From: Methanomassiliicoccaceae archaeon | GTDB lineage: Archaea > Thermoplasmatota > Thermoplasmata > Methanomassiliicoccales > UBA472 | Reading direction: 5' to 3' | NCBI GenBank assembly: GCA_963751645.1 | Contig: CAVVVD010000008.1 | Location: 85,914-149,913 of the forward strand | Length of the DNA: 64,000 nt | The notes under the pieces: model-generated | The model's input: the letters and a program-made list of their open reading frames with translations, nothing else | Database searches by the model: none | What the model was told of the DNA's origin: nothing | Position numbers and translations under genes: made by a program | Part shown: one piece after another, positions 20,044 through 29,974 of the stretch | How the letters are laid out: every line of letters begins with the position of its first letter | Numbering within the stretch: the stretch's first letter is position 1

Positions 20044-20648
20044 GGCGCTTCATCATCGTCGGCCACAAGGCCTCCACCACGGCGGACTTCAAGCTCGACG
20101 ACATCGCTGGAGGCGCGGGCCGATTGGACGTTCTGCTCAGATGCGTGAACTCCGCGTTCTTCCTCTCCCACAGCATCCGGACCGACACCGAGGTCTTCCT
20201 AGTACTCTTAGGCCCGGGCGATCCCCCTAAGACCGTGAGGTTCGTGGGCAGCGAGCTGCGCTATCTGAACCCCGACGAGAGGAGCACCGCCGCGCTGGTG
20301 CGCAACGCCCTCATGAGGAGGGCCAAGGAGGAGGTGCGCTCCTCACCGGGCATCTATGTCTCGTCAATGTCGTTCAAGGACGTCCTGGACCGGTTCAAGG
20401 AAGGATGTCAGATCGTTTTCCTCAAGGAGGACGGCGTGCCCCATCGTGACTTCCAGTTCGATGATGACGTCGTATTCGTGCTAAGCGACCACCACGACCT
20501 CACATCCGAGGAGGAAGGGGAGCTGCGATCACGCACTGGCTCGGTGATATCGCTGGGACCGCTGTCCTACCATGCCGACCACTGCATCACCATAGTGAAC
20601 AACGAACTGGACCTCAGGTCGCGGTCGGGAACGAACTGTCCATCTTAA
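20040..20648 (+). CDS. trmY: tRNA (pseudouridine54-N1)-methyltransferase TrmY (SPOUT, DUF358)
   Basis: 'RRFIIVGHKASTTADFKLDDIAGGAGRLDVLLRCVNSAFFLSHSIR' is the TrmY signature. The GTG start overlaps the srp54 stop by 4 nt. Confidence 0.8.
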   Translation: MRRFIIVGHKASTTADFKLDDIAGGAGRLDVLLRCVNSAFFLSHSIRTDTEVFLVLLGPGDPPKTVRFVGSELRYLNPDERSTAALVRNALMRRAKEEVRSSPGIYVSSMSFKDVLDRFKEGCQIVFLKEDGVPHRDFQFDDDVVFVLSDHHDLTSEEEGELRSRTGSVISLGPLSYHADHCITIVNNELDLRSRSGTNCPS

Positions 20649-20708
20649 TAAGGTTTATTTAATTAAAATGCGCTTATCATCCCGGGATGCAGGTTTTCGG
20701 GGGATGGG

Positions 20709-22871
20709 ATGGTAATCCAGACACTTTACGTTGACGACGATCCGTTGCTTCTTGATCTCGCCAAGGAGTTCTTGGAGGGCGAGAACGAGGACCTCACTGT
20801 CACCACCTGCACATCTGCCAGAGAGGTCATGGCCCTTCTGAAGGCCAAACCCTTCGATGTCATAATATCGGACTATCAGATGCCATCGATGAGCGGGATA
20901 GAGCTTCTCAAGGAGCTCCGCTCCCACGGCATGGACATTCCTTTCATCCTCTTCACTGGCAAAGGTCGGGAGGAGGTCGTCATAGACGCCCTGAACAACG
21001 GTGCGGACTTCTACTTGAACAAGGGCGGGAACCCACGCGTACAGTTCACCGAGCTGGAGAACCTGGTGAGGCACATGGTGCTGAAGCGCCAGGCCATCGA
21101 CGCCGTGAGGCACAACGCCGAGCGCTTCCGCGCCATGATCGAAAACTCCCTGGACATCATCTGCATAACCAACCTGGAATCCAGCATGCGCTATGTCAGC
21201 CCATCGGTGCGGAGGGTCCTGGGCTATCCCCCTGAGACAATGGTGGGAGTGCACATGGAGGAGCTGGTCCACCCGACCGACAAGGAGATGTTCCATACGA
21301 TCCTGCGCGAGGGTGCGGTGGGCATCTCTGACATGGCGGAGTTCCGGGTGCGTCGGGCGGACGGTACCTTTTCCCATATCGAAGGGTCCTTCTCCAAGAT
21401 GAAGGACGACGAGGGCAAGGCCTATGTGGTCTTCAATGGCAGGGAGATCTCCCAACGCCTCCTGGCCGAGGAGCGCATGAAGGTCTCCGACGAACGGTAT
21501 CGCCTGCTATTCGAGAACGTGCCTACCGGCATCGCCCTCATGAGGGAGGGCATCATAGACTGCAACATCCATGTGGCGGATATGCTGGGACGCACCGTCA
21601 AGGAGATCATCGGGAAGAAACCTTGGGAACTCGCCCCAGAGAGGCAGAGGGACGGCATCAGGTCGGAGGACCTGTTCCGCTCCGTGACCGCTAAGGGCAG
21701 GATCGGACAGAGCACATGTTTCGAATGTGTCCTTTCCCACAAGGACGGGCATGCCGTGGACGCCCGCATCACCCTCAAACCCGCGTCGATACAGGGCGAA
21801 CAACTGATCCTGGCCACCTTCACGGAGCTGGCCTGCCGGGTCGATGCCGATGAGGTCGACCTTACCGAGGAGACCTGCAACGCGCTGCTCAACCTCACCC
21901 CGGACGCCATCCTCATCTGCGACAACGAGGGGAAGGTCTCATTCGCCTCGCCCCACAGCGCGAAGCTGCTTGCGGGCGACCATCCATCGAAGATCGTCGG
22001 TAGGTCCCTGGTCGAGATGTTCCCGGAACAGGAACGACCGAGGTTGAGCAAGGACCTGGAGGCGATCGCCAACGGACTCGCTCCGAGCAACATGCGATAC
22101 AACGTGAGCTCACCGACCGGCCAACGGTTCATCGATGTCAAGGCCTCCCCGATCCTGGACCAGAAGCGGCGGCCTCAGGGCTGCGTCTGCCTGTTCCGCG
22201 ATGTGACCGAGGGCGTGATGTCCGACTCCGCCGCCATAGCTGCCAACGACAAGGTGGAGGAGATGTCGGGCCTGATGAGCGATGAGCTGTCCAAGCGCCT
22301 CGCCGCACTAGTGGGGGACCTTCAGCTGCTCTCGTTCCGTTCGAGGGACCCAGATGTGAAGCAGCATGTGGAGCGTGCGATCGGCCAGGCGGCCCAGATC
22401 GACCACTATCTCACCGTGGCACGCACCTATCGGGGGGTAGGCACGCGACCGCCCACCTGGTTCTCCCTATCGTTGGTCTGCCAGGCCGCCCTGTCCAAGG
22501 TGGACCTCAGGGGGGCCTCCTTCGATGCGGAGATGGACGACATCGAGGTTCTGGCCGACCCGGCCTTCGGCAACGCCCTGGAGCACCTCTTCCAATCACA
22601 GATAGAGCGCAGCCCGCGCACCAGGCACGTCAAGGTCCGGACCGAGGGGCGGGAGGCGGGAACGCTCATCCTGGTCGAGGACGACGGCATGGGATATGAG
22701 ACGATGGACAAACAGCGCATCTTCGACGCGGACAACGGCGGCTTCGGCCTCCGCTTCGTCAAGGAGGTCTTGCACGCCTCGCACATGCGCATCGAGGAGA
22801 AGGGAGAGCCGGAAATAGGGGCGAGGTTCGTCATCACCCTTCCCGCCGGCCAGGTCCGGCCCGTACGTTGA
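20709..22871 (+). CDS. hybrid sensor: REC receiver + about 3 PAS domains + histidine kinase
   Basis: The REC domain has 'LYVDDDPLLL..DVIISDYQMPSMSGIELL..ILFTGKG'. The PAS blocks contain 'ERFRAMIENSLDIICI', 'ERYRLLFENVPTGIAL' and 'NALLNLTPDAILICD'. The C-terminal HATPase-like part has 'LILVEDDGMGYE' and 'GGFGLRFVKEVL'. Confidence 0.85.
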   Translation: MVIQTLYVDDDPLLLDLAKEFLEGENEDLTVTTCTSAREVMALLKAKPFDVIISDYQMPSMSGIELLKELRSHGMDIPFILFTGKGREEVVIDALNNGADFYLNKGGNPRVQFTELENLVRHMVLKRQAIDAVRHNAERFRAMIENSLDIICITNLESSMRYVSPSVRRVLGYPPETMVGVHMEELVHPTDKEMFHTILREGAVGISDMAEFRVRRADGTFSHIEGSFSKMKDDEGKAYVVFNGREISQRLLAEERMKVSDERYRLLFENVPTGIALMREGIIDCNIHVADMLGRTVKEIIGKKPWELAPERQRDGIRSEDLFRSVTAKGRIGQSTCFECVLSHKDGHAVDARITLKPASIQGEQLILATFTELACRVDADEVDLTEETCNALLNLTPDAILICDNEGKVSFASPHSAKLLAGDHPSKIVGRSLVEMFPEQERPRLSKDLEAIANGLAPSNMRYNVSSPTGQRFIDVKASPILDQKRRPQGCVCLFRDVTEGVMSDSAAIAANDKVEEMSGLMSDELSKRLAALVGDLQLLSFRSRDPDVKQHVERAIGQAAQIDHYLTVARTYRGVGTRPPTWFSLSLVCQAALSKVDLRGASFDAEMDDIEVLADPAFGNALEHLFQSQIERSPRTRHVKVRTEGREAGTLILVEDDGMGYETMDKQRIFDADNGGFGLRFVKEVLHASHMRIEEKGEPEIGARFVITLPAGQVRPVR

Positions 22872-22911
22872 TGGGCAAAATTAATCTAGCGCCGTGCGTT
22901 TACGAGGTCCG

Positions 22912-23109
22912 ATGGCCACCTCCAAGATCGCCCAGCACCACCATTGCCGGAGTTGCGGGAAGGCGTTCGTCGGCGACGAGGCGTTCTGTACGACCGAATG
23001 CGGCGACACCAACCAGGCCGTCTTAAAGCGCAAGAAGAAGCAGCTCCTTTTCCTATATGCTATAAGCTTCATAATTCTCATCGTCGCTATCGTGTTCATG
23101 GGACTATGA
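22912..23109 (+). CDS. DUF2116-like zinc-ribbon protein with C-terminal TM helix
   Basis: It contains 'HHHCRSCGKAFVGDEAFCTTEC' and the TM helix 'LLFLYAISFIILIVAIVFMGL'. Its stop overlaps the next ATG (ATGA). Confidence 0.65.
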   Translation: MATSKIAQHHHCRSCGKAFVGDEAFCTTECGDTNQAVLKRKKKQLLFLYAISFIILIVAIVFMGL

Positions 23110-24077
23110 GCGGTGTGGTGGTGGGCGGGACATTCAACGCCATGCACAAAGGCCATAGGGCATTGTTAGACAGGGCGTTCTGCGCAGGGGAGCAAGTGTT
23201 CATCGCGGTCACATCGGACCGTTATGTGGCGGGGCACAAGACCACCGCCCTTCCCTACGAAGAGAGGGAATCCGCCGTGCGCAGGTACGCCGAGGGCAAA
23301 GGGAGACCGTTCGTCATCCTCCCGTTGCATGACACCTTCGGGAACGCCACCACGAGCGTCGAGTTCCAGAGGATCGTGGTCTCCCCGGAGTCGCTAGCGA
23401 ACGCCGAGAGGATAAACCTCCTCCGCAAGGAGAAGGGCCTGCCCGCACTGGAGATCGTCAAGATACCATATGTCCTGGCCAAGGACTTCCTTCCCATCAG
23501 CTCGAGCCGGATAGACCAGGGTGAGATCGATCGCGAGGGAGAGCTGCTTCGCCCCCTACGGGTCGGAGTGGGTTCGACCAATCCGGTGAAGTTGGGGGCC
23601 GTCCGTTCCGTGATCTCACGATTCTACAGGGAGACAGAGCTTCATGGGGTGTCGGTCGACTCCGGTGTCGGGAAGCAACCCTTCGAGGGCAAGGTCCTGG
23701 AGGGCGCATTGAACCGGGCCAGGGCCTGCCTGCGGGACAATGACATAGGCGTCGGTATCGAGGCGGGCGTCTATCAAGGGGACGATGGCCTGTACGATGT
23801 GCAGCAGTGCGTGGTGATCGATCGGATGGGCTGGGTCACCCATGGTCACGGACCCGGTTTCAGATATCCCGAGATCATCGCTAGGGAGCTCAGGGCGGGG
23901 CACAGCGTGGGAGAGGCGTGCGATCGCCTCTTCGGTCTGGAGAACAACGGTCACAAGGGAGGGGCCATCGGGCTACTTACCGATGGCGTCCTAAGAAGGA
24001 AGGAGCTGACGGAGCAGTCGGTCCTGGCGGCGATGGTGCCACGCGTTCGCACGGACCTATATCTGGATCAGGCCTGA
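23106..24077 (+). CDS. fusion of archaeal phosphopantetheine adenylyltransferase (PPAT) with a DUF84/YjjX-type inosine/xanthosine triphosphatase
   Basis: The N-terminal half has 'VVVGGTFNAMHKGHRALLDRAF..IAVTSDRY..VVSPESLANAERIN' (cytidylyltransferase-like PPAT). The C-terminal half has 'GSTNPVKLGAV', 'SGVGKQPF', 'GIEAGV' and 'GGAIGLLTDGVLRR' (YjjX family). Confidence 0.8.
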   Translation: MSGVVVGGTFNAMHKGHRALLDRAFCAGEQVFIAVTSDRYVAGHKTTALPYEERESAVRRYAEGKGRPFVILPLHDTFGNATTSVEFQRIVVSPESLANAERINLLRKEKGLPALEIVKIPYVLAKDFLPISSSRIDQGEIDREGELLRPLRVGVGSTNPVKLGAVRSVISRFYRETELHGVSVDSGVGKQPFEGKVLEGALNRARACLRDNDIGVGIEAGVYQGDDGLYDVQQCVVIDRMGWVTHGHGPGFRYPEIIARELRAGHSVGEACDRLFGLENNGHKGGAIGLLTDGVLRRKELTEQSVLAAMVPRVRTDLYLDQA

Positions 24078-24385
24078 GCCCGGTCCCGTCGCGCACGGAT
24101 GAAGCTCAGGTAGTCGTCCAGTGTGCCGCAGTTGTCCACACCTATGCACTCGAACCGGTGGAACTTGGTGCAGTAATGGCCACCCTCCGTGCTATGGACG
24201 CATAGGTGCTGGGCATCGGCGCGGCACTTGTCCTTTATGCAGGCGAACCCGTGATATTTCCCGTGACACAGACCATCCGTGTCCATCTGTGGGCATGACA
24301 TCTGAACTCCTCCATCGTCGAGGTCGATGCGACGACGTTCGAGCGAAATGCTCGAGGAGGGCATCCCAGACATCCCCGTCGTCAC
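24068..24385 (-). CDS. Cys/His-rich small protein, hypothetical (probable metal binding)
   Basis: It contains 'CPQMDTDGLCHGKYHGFACIKDKC..HLCVHSTEGGHYCTKFHRFECIGVDNC'. The start is uncertain. Its 3' end overlaps the convergent PPAT-fusion stop by 10 nt. Confidence 0.45.
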   Translation of the reverse strand: MTTGMSGMPSSSISLERRRIDLDDGGVQMSCPQMDTDGLCHGKYHGFACIKDKCRADAQHLCVHSTEGGHYCTKFHRFECIGVDNCGTLDDYLSFIRARRDRAQA

Positions 24386-24588
24386 AACTTTCCCTTCTGA
24401 ACGTCATATGAACGTCAGACGATATAAAGTTGTCCATCGATGTGTCCAGGTAGTAAAATTTTGTAAGATTGTAGTATGACGTTTGTAGGACAGACTGTAT
24501 CTTTGTAGGGCCAAGGGCAAAGCTGAAAATCATCACACCGTTATCCTGGCCGAGTGATCGTCTGACCGGTCTGACCTATAACAAGCTG

Positions 24589-25524
24589 ATGAACCAAGCT
24601 GTGGCGCTCTACAAAGATGGAGAGTATCTGGCAGCTTACGACCTCGTCACCAGGAACGCCACCATGGTAGGGGGGAATCCAGCCCAGATATTCAATTTCA
24701 GGTATTCCTTTGCCTGCCGGAGCGGTCGCCCCGGGCTGGCCATGTACATATTGAAGGAGGCCGTGATCGACCGGGGTTTCTGGTATTCCTACGATAATCT
24801 ATTCTCCGATGACGATCTCGAGCCGTTGCGCGCACTTCCGGAGTTCAGGAGGATGGCCGATATCTGCAAGGAGAGGGAGGTAGCGGCGAAAGATGCATCG
24901 AGGCCGGAGCTGACCTTGGTTCTGCCAGAGGGCGATGCCAATGAAGAAAGGGTCGTGCTGGTGGCTCTGCATGGCAACGAAGAGAGCGCTAGACAAGCCC
25001 AGGCCCAATGGGCCGCTGGGAACGAATCGAGATACATGATGGCCTTCCCCCAATCCTCACAGGTGGGGTTCACCGATGGTCACTATTGGAACGACATGGA
25101 GAAGGGCGTAAGTGAGCTGAGGACGCATGTGCGGCACATCCAGGACCGGTTCTCCCTGGAAGGCAAGGATGTGGTCCTGGGAGGTTTCTCAGCGGGGGCC
25201 AGGGTGGTGCTCCATGCCTTGCTCGAAGATGAGGTGGAGGTCGGAGGGTTCGTGATGGTGGCCCCGTGGCTGCCCGACCTGGAGGTCCTGGGACCCAGGT
25301 TGCGGTCGTTGAGGAGGAAACAGGTCCGCGGGTTCGTCATCTGTGGGGACCAGGACCAGGACTGCAAGGGACCGACGGGCCGGCTGGCCCAGATGATGGA
25401 GGGGGAAGGGATACCTCACCGCTACATGAGCGTGCCTGGACTGGACCATGATCTCCCGGACGGTTTCGCAAATCAAGTCCCGGCCATCATCGAATATCTC
25501 AAGAAAGGGGTGTACGGGCCCTAG
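24589..25524 (+). CDS. alpha/beta-hydrolase (carboxylesterase/dienelactone-hydrolase-like) with N-terminal helical region
   Basis: The nucleophile elbow is 'VLGGFSAGARV'. It also has 'VLVALHGNEES', 'ICGDQDQD' and 'GLDHDLP'. Confidence 0.7.
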   Translation: MNQAVALYKDGEYLAAYDLVTRNATMVGGNPAQIFNFRYSFACRSGRPGLAMYILKEAVIDRGFWYSYDNLFSDDDLEPLRALPEFRRMADICKEREVAAKDASRPELTLVLPEGDANEERVVLVALHGNEESARQAQAQWAAGNESRYMMAFPQSSQVGFTDGHYWNDMEKGVSELRTHVRHIQDRFSLEGKDVVLGGFSAGARVVLHALLEDEVEVGGFVMVAPWLPDLEVLGPRLRSLRRKQVRGFVICGDQDQDCKGPTGRLAQMMEGEGIPHRYMSVPGLDHDLPDGFANQVPAIIEYLKKGVYGP

Positions 25525-25537
25525 AACAAAGGGGAGA

Positions 25538-25627
25538 TGGCGCCGAGGGGGAGATTCGAACTCCCGTGGTACGGAGTACCACCAGCTCTCAAGGCTGGCG
25601 CCGTGATCCGGACTTAGCTACCTCGGC
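25538..25627 (-). tRNA. tRNA-Ser (anticodon UGA) with long variable arm, CCA encoded
   Basis: The reverse complement is GCCGAGGTAGCTAAGTCCGGATCACGGCGCCAGCCTTGAGAGCTGGTGGTACTCCGTACCACGGGAGTTCGAATCTCCCCCTCGGCGCCA. The acceptor pairs GCCGAGG/CCTCGGC. The anticodon loop is CTTGAGA, the variable stem is GGTAC/GTACC, and the discriminator is G73. Confidence 0.92.
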
Positions 25628-25668
25628 CTATGTCGCGGGAGTAGCCCTCCCGACTAAAAAAGGTTACC

Positions 25669-27324
25669 TCAAAGTATCTGGACCTGCTTGTCGCGAATGA
25701 CCCGGTCCAGGTCGAGCTCGAAGCCGACCACCGGGTTGCCGAGGTCGAAGTTGGTGATGACCTCGGGATGCAGTTCCCCGAAGGTGCCCACCGTCTCGTC
25801 CTCGAACACTATCTGCGCTCCCCGACCAGGTAGATAGGCGCCGCTGTCGCTCGCCACCACATAGAACTTAGCGGACAGGTCCCGCATCACTCCCTCCACC
25901 AGCGACTTCCCCTCGGTGAAGGATGCCTTGGGGTGGATGCTCAGGGCGGCCAGGTGCTTACGTCTCTTGGCGTTCTCCAGGACATCCCCCACCTCGAAGA
26001 TGCGCTGGGGCAGCTCACGGTGCTTGCTCTTCCTCAGGACGGCCAGCAAGGATGGGGTCAGCCATGCGCGCAGGCAGGTGTGGGCCTCCGACACCGGGTT
26101 GAGCACCTCCACCAGCTCCCGTTCCGGAACGCGCATCATGATGAACTGGTCGTTGGGATTGCTCAACGTGAGGGTGGTAACTTCCCAGTAACCATATCCG
26201 ACCATGAGCTGCCGCACCAGGTCCGACGCCCTCTCTATGCTCCGCTCCCCACCGATGGTCTGGGACCGGGGCGGGGTGTTGCCGAAGCGTTCGTAACCGT
26301 GACCGATGGCCAGGTCCTCCACCAGGTCGGCCATGTGCATCAGGTCCATGCGCCATGGCGGCACCTTCACCTCAATATTGCGACCGGTGGGGTCCGCGTC
26401 ATAGCCCATGCGTCCCAGGCAACGGCATATCTCCCAGTCGGACAACGTCAGACCGAGCCAGGCGTTGGCCCAGGCGGCATCGAGCTCCCAAACCTTGGGG
26501 TGCAGGTCCGGCGTCACCATGGACGTGGGACCCTTGACCTCCACGGTCTCGATGCGCCCACCCCTCTCCGCCAGGGAGGTGGACACGATGTTGAGGACGC
26601 CGGAGATGGCGAACAGGTCCATGCCCGTGACGTCGATGAAGATGTTCTCCGTTTCGGGCGTCACCGTGGTGAGGGCCCCGTTGATGATGGGCGGGAACGA
26701 CAGCACGTCGTCGTTCTTGTCCAATATCACCGGGTAGCGGTCCTTTCCGTCCAGGATGTGGCGGTAGTCGACGCCCTTCTCATGCCTCTCCAGGACCTCG
26801 CGCATGGTCATGGGCTCGCTCTTGGCCAGGGGCACGAAGGATATCGAATCGGGATCGGCGGCCAGATAACGGAACGGGGGCTTGACCCGGTCCAGGTCGT
26901 GCACCCCGATGGCCACCTTGACCCTCTTCCGCCCCACGGTGAGGTGCAACTTCTCCTGCAGCTCCATGAGCGAGCGTATCATCGGGTCGCTCATGGTGAC
27001 GTTGCGCACCACCCCCGCGACGCAGTGAGGCCTCACATCGAGGACGCTCTCGTCCCAGGTCATGGTGATGCCTGAGGGCCGGTGGGGGTAGTGCTTCATG
27101 CCTGATTCGATGTCGAAGAAGTTGCGCAACGCCCGGGCCACCCCCTCCACGGAGTAGAGGTCCGGACGATTGGGGAAGAACTCCACGGCCGTCTCGCCCG
27201 AGGATGGCTCGTAGCGGTCCACGCTGGCCCCGATCAGGGGCACGCGCTCCAGGACCTTCTCGGGCCTGACCTCACCACCGACCAGCTCCAGCAGATCGCC
27301 CATGTTGAAAGTGATGACTGGCAT
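25669..27324 (-). CDS. pheT: phenylalanine--tRNA ligase beta subunit (archaeal type)
   Basis: It begins 'MPVITFNMGDLLELVGGEV..LIGASVD'. The B3/4 and B5 regions are recognisable. I chose the ATG at 27324 rather than the ORF-track start because the 56-aa extension is Arg/Pro/Trp-rich junk that overlaps hmgA. Confidence 0.9.
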   Translation of the reverse strand: MPVITFNMGDLLELVGGEVRPEKVLERVPLIGASVDRYEPSSGETAVEFFPNRPDLYSVEGVARALRNFFDIESGMKHYPHRPSGITMTWDESVLDVRPHCVAGVVRNVTMSDPMIRSLMELQEKLHLTVGRKRVKVAIGVHDLDRVKPPFRYLAADPDSISFVPLAKSEPMTMREVLERHEKGVDYRHILDGKDRYPVILDKNDDVLSFPPIINGALTTVTPETENIFIDVTGMDLFAISGVLNIVSTSLAERGGRIETVEVKGPTSMVTPDLHPKVWELDAAWANAWLGLTLSDWEICRCLGRMGYDADPTGRNIEVKVPPWRMDLMHMADLVEDLAIGHGYERFGNTPPRSQTIGGERSIERASDLVRQLMVGYGYWEVTTLTLSNPNDQFIMMRVPERELVEVLNPVSEAHTCLRAWLTPSLLAVLRKSKHRELPQRIFEVGDVLENAKRRKHLAALSIHPKASFTEGKSLVEGVMRDLSAKFYVVASDSGAYLPGRGAQIVFEDETVGTFGELHPEVITNFDLGNPVVGFELDLDRVIRDKQVQIL

Positions 27325-27361
27325 GCACGCCTGCCATAAGGTTGTGGCTATTTTACCTTTT

Positions 27362-28510
27362 TCAGCGCCCCAGCTCGCGATGCGCCTTGCCCAGCTCGCC
27401 AGCCGATTGGGCCGCCAGTGTGGAGAGCTCCCCGGCGAGGGCGGCGGCCGCCACGATCTCGGCGAATTTCTTGGCCTTCCCGTTGCCCACACAGTCCAGC
27501 AGGGAAAGTGCCTCTCTCTGGCAGGGCAGTCTCGTGCCGCCGCCGACCGTACCTACCTCCAGGCTCGGCAATCGCACCGATATGTAGAGGTCCTCGCCCG
27601 AGCGCTCGCAGGTGGTCATGCCCATGGAGCCCTCGACCACCTGGGCGGGGTCCTGACCGGTGGCAATGAAAACCGCCGCGAGGATGTTCGCTATGTGAGC
27701 GTTGTGACCAAGGGACATGGCCATGACGCTGCCGACCAGGTTCTTCCGGTAACAGGTCTCCACCGCGCTGTCGATTGTCGTCTTTAAGCGCTCCTCTACG
27801 ATGTCGCGAGGTATGGTCACGTCGGCCAGCATGATCTTCCCCCTACCGTCGATGAGGTTCATGGCAGAGGGCTTCTTGTCCACGCACATGTTGCCCGAGA
27901 CCGATATCAAGGCGATGCCGGTCTCCCTCTCGATGTAACGTGATGCCGCCTCGGTGGCGATGGTCGCCATGTTCATGCCCATGGCGTCCCCGGTGTCGTA
28001 GCTGAAACGGAGGTAGAGGCTGCGCCCGGTGGCGAACGCCCTCACCTTGATGAGCTTCCCATGCTTGGTGGTGGATTCCGCCTCGGACCTGATCTCCTCG
28101 AAATGGGAGTTGACGAAGCCGACCACCCTCTGGCAATCTCGCACGCCCTTGGTCCGGAAGACCGGGGCCCGGGTCATCTCGTCCTTGATGATGATGACAT
28201 CCACGCCCCCTGAGGCGGTGATGGCCGAGCAACCGCGGTTGACGGACGCCACCAGGGCGCCCTCGGTGGTGGCCATGGGAACGTAGAAATCACCCTTGGC
28301 ATGGTCACCGTTGACGCGGAGGGGACCTACGAAGCCCAGGGGCACCTGTACACAGCCCACCATGTTCTCGACGTTCTTCTCCGCCATTATCGGATCGAAG
28401 CTGCAGTGGGAGATGTTGTCCAGGCTCGCGCCCGTGACCTCCTCCAATCCCTTCCTGCGCTCGTCCACGTCCGCCTTGGTCCTTCCCCGGTTCTTCAGGC
28501 CGCCCGTCAT
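27362..28510 (-). CDS. hmgA: hydroxymethylglutaryl-CoA reductase (class I, archaeal)
   Basis: It contains 'ENMVGCVQVPLGFVGPLRVNG..YVPMATTEGALVAS', 'DAMGMNM' and 'GTVGGGT'. Confidence 0.92.
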   Translation of the reverse strand: MTGGLKNRGRTKADVDERRKGLEEVTGASLDNISHCSFDPIMAEKNVENMVGCVQVPLGFVGPLRVNGDHAKGDFYVPMATTEGALVASVNRGCSAITASGGVDVIIIKDEMTRAPVFRTKGVRDCQRVVGFVNSHFEEIRSEAESTTKHGKLIKVRAFATGRSLYLRFSYDTGDAMGMNMATIATEAASRYIERETGIALISVSGNMCVDKKPSAMNLIDGRGKIMLADVTIPRDIVEERLKTTIDSAVETCYRKNLVGSVMAMSLGHNAHIANILAAVFIATGQDPAQVVEGSMGMTTCERSGEDLYISVRLPSLEVGTVGGGTRLPCQREALSLLDCVGNGKAKKFAEIVAAAALAGELSTLAAQSAGELGKAHRELGR

Positions 28511-28547
28511 GGAGATCGAGGTTGGTATGGGCTGGGGGCTCTTAATC

Positions 28548-29846
28548 CTAGTCCCCTGTCTCCCGCTCGGCCTTTGCAGGTGACCCGGGGGTGGACGCCG
28601 ATGTCCCTTCGATCCTCATCACGCTGGGGATGAAGAAGGCAACGACCCCCATGACGGCTGTCACCACTCCGGCGATGATGAACCACGGCTGCACCCCCAT
28701 GACATCGGCCAGTGGTCCTGCGAAGGCCAGGCCGATCGGCGTGACCGACATCGCCAAGGCGGAGATCAGGGCCAGGATCCTCCCCTGCATACCAGGTTCC
28801 ACTCTAGACTGGATGATGGCGATGATGGAGCCATTGAGCACGGAGAACATGGCACCGATGAAGAGAGCGAGGACGAGCAGTAGCAGCAGCCCATCGCTGG
28901 GAACTATCCCGATAAGGGTCGCCCCCACTCCCGCCAGGGCGGTCGCTGCCATCACGGTGACGATGCGACGCTTGGTCCCACCCCATATCCCCAGGAGTAC
29001 CCCGCCAGCAATGGCGCCCACCCCGAAGCAGGACTCCACCCAGGCCAGGTCCAGGGCGTCCCCTTTGAAATATTCCACCACCAGCAATGGCATAAGGACG
29101 AAGGCCGGGGAAAGGAGCAGGTTGGCGATAAGGAATATTCCGATCACCTTCAAAGCCCCAGACCAGTTCCGCAGCACCTTCCAGGCGGCGGCCATCTCCT
29201 TGATCACATGTCGCTCCTCCATGCTGGGCTTGGGCTCGGGGATACGTATCAACGCCAATGGGACTATCGCCAGAAGGGCGGTGAGGATATCGATGCTCAG
29301 GATATACTGGATGGGAACAAAGGCAAAGAGGGCCGCCGCCATCGGTGGGGCCAGGACAGATGACAGACCATATATCGATTGGTTGAGGCCGGCCACCCGG
29401 GCCAGGTTCCTCTCCGGCACCAACAGGGCGGTCGCGGCCTGGCTGGCTGGCCAGTGGAAGGCGGCGAGGCAGGAACGAGCGAACAGCACGATATAGATCT
29501 GCCACACCTGCACCACGTCCAGGGCGAAGAGGGCCACCAGCACCGCTGTGGTGATGGCCATGAGCCCGTCGGCCCCTATCATGGTGAGACGACGTCTCCA
29601 GCGATCCACATAAACGCCCGCGAATGGGGTGAGGAGTATCTGAGGCACGATGCCCATGATGGCCGCCATGGCCAGGACCGTGGCCGACCCGGTGGTGATG
29701 GTCAACCACCATATCAAGGCGAACTGCACCAGGGCGCTTCCGATGAGGGAGACGGCCTGTCCGCTCCAGATGGCCATGAACCTCCCTAGCCACTTCTCCT
29801 CCTTGACGGTCGCATGACCCGGTCCAGGCCCTAAGGGTCCTTCCAT
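28548..29846 (-). CDS. MFS transporter (EntS/macrolide-efflux-like)
   Basis: This 432-aa ORF has about 12 hydrophobic helices and the loop motif 'GVYVDRWRRR'. Confidence 0.8.
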   Translation of the reverse strand: MEGPLGPGPGHATVKEEKWLGRFMAIWSGQAVSLIGSALVQFALIWWLTITTGSATVLAMAAIMGIVPQILLTPFAGVYVDRWRRRLTMIGADGLMAITTAVLVALFALDVVQVWQIYIVLFARSCLAAFHWPASQAATALLVPERNLARVAGLNQSIYGLSSVLAPPMAAALFAFVPIQYILSIDILTALLAIVPLALIRIPEPKPSMEERHVIKEMAAAWKVLRNWSGALKVIGIFLIANLLLSPAFVLMPLLVVEYFKGDALDLAWVESCFGVGAIAGGVLLGIWGGTKRRIVTVMAATALAGVGATLIGIVPSDGLLLLLVLALFIGAMFSVLNGSIIAIIQSRVEPGMQGRILALISALAMSVTPIGLAFAGPLADVMGVQPWFIIAGVVTAVMGVVAFFIPSVMRIEGTSASTPGSPAKAERETGD

Positions 29847-29974
29847 GTCATTGGCCTAAGCTTATGCACCGCCTATAAACCTCATGGTCACAAGTGGTCA
29901 TCCGCTCGACATCCCCATTGACAAAGCACCGATCGCAGCGCGCAAGCCATTAATACGTGCGGCTCGCAACGACG

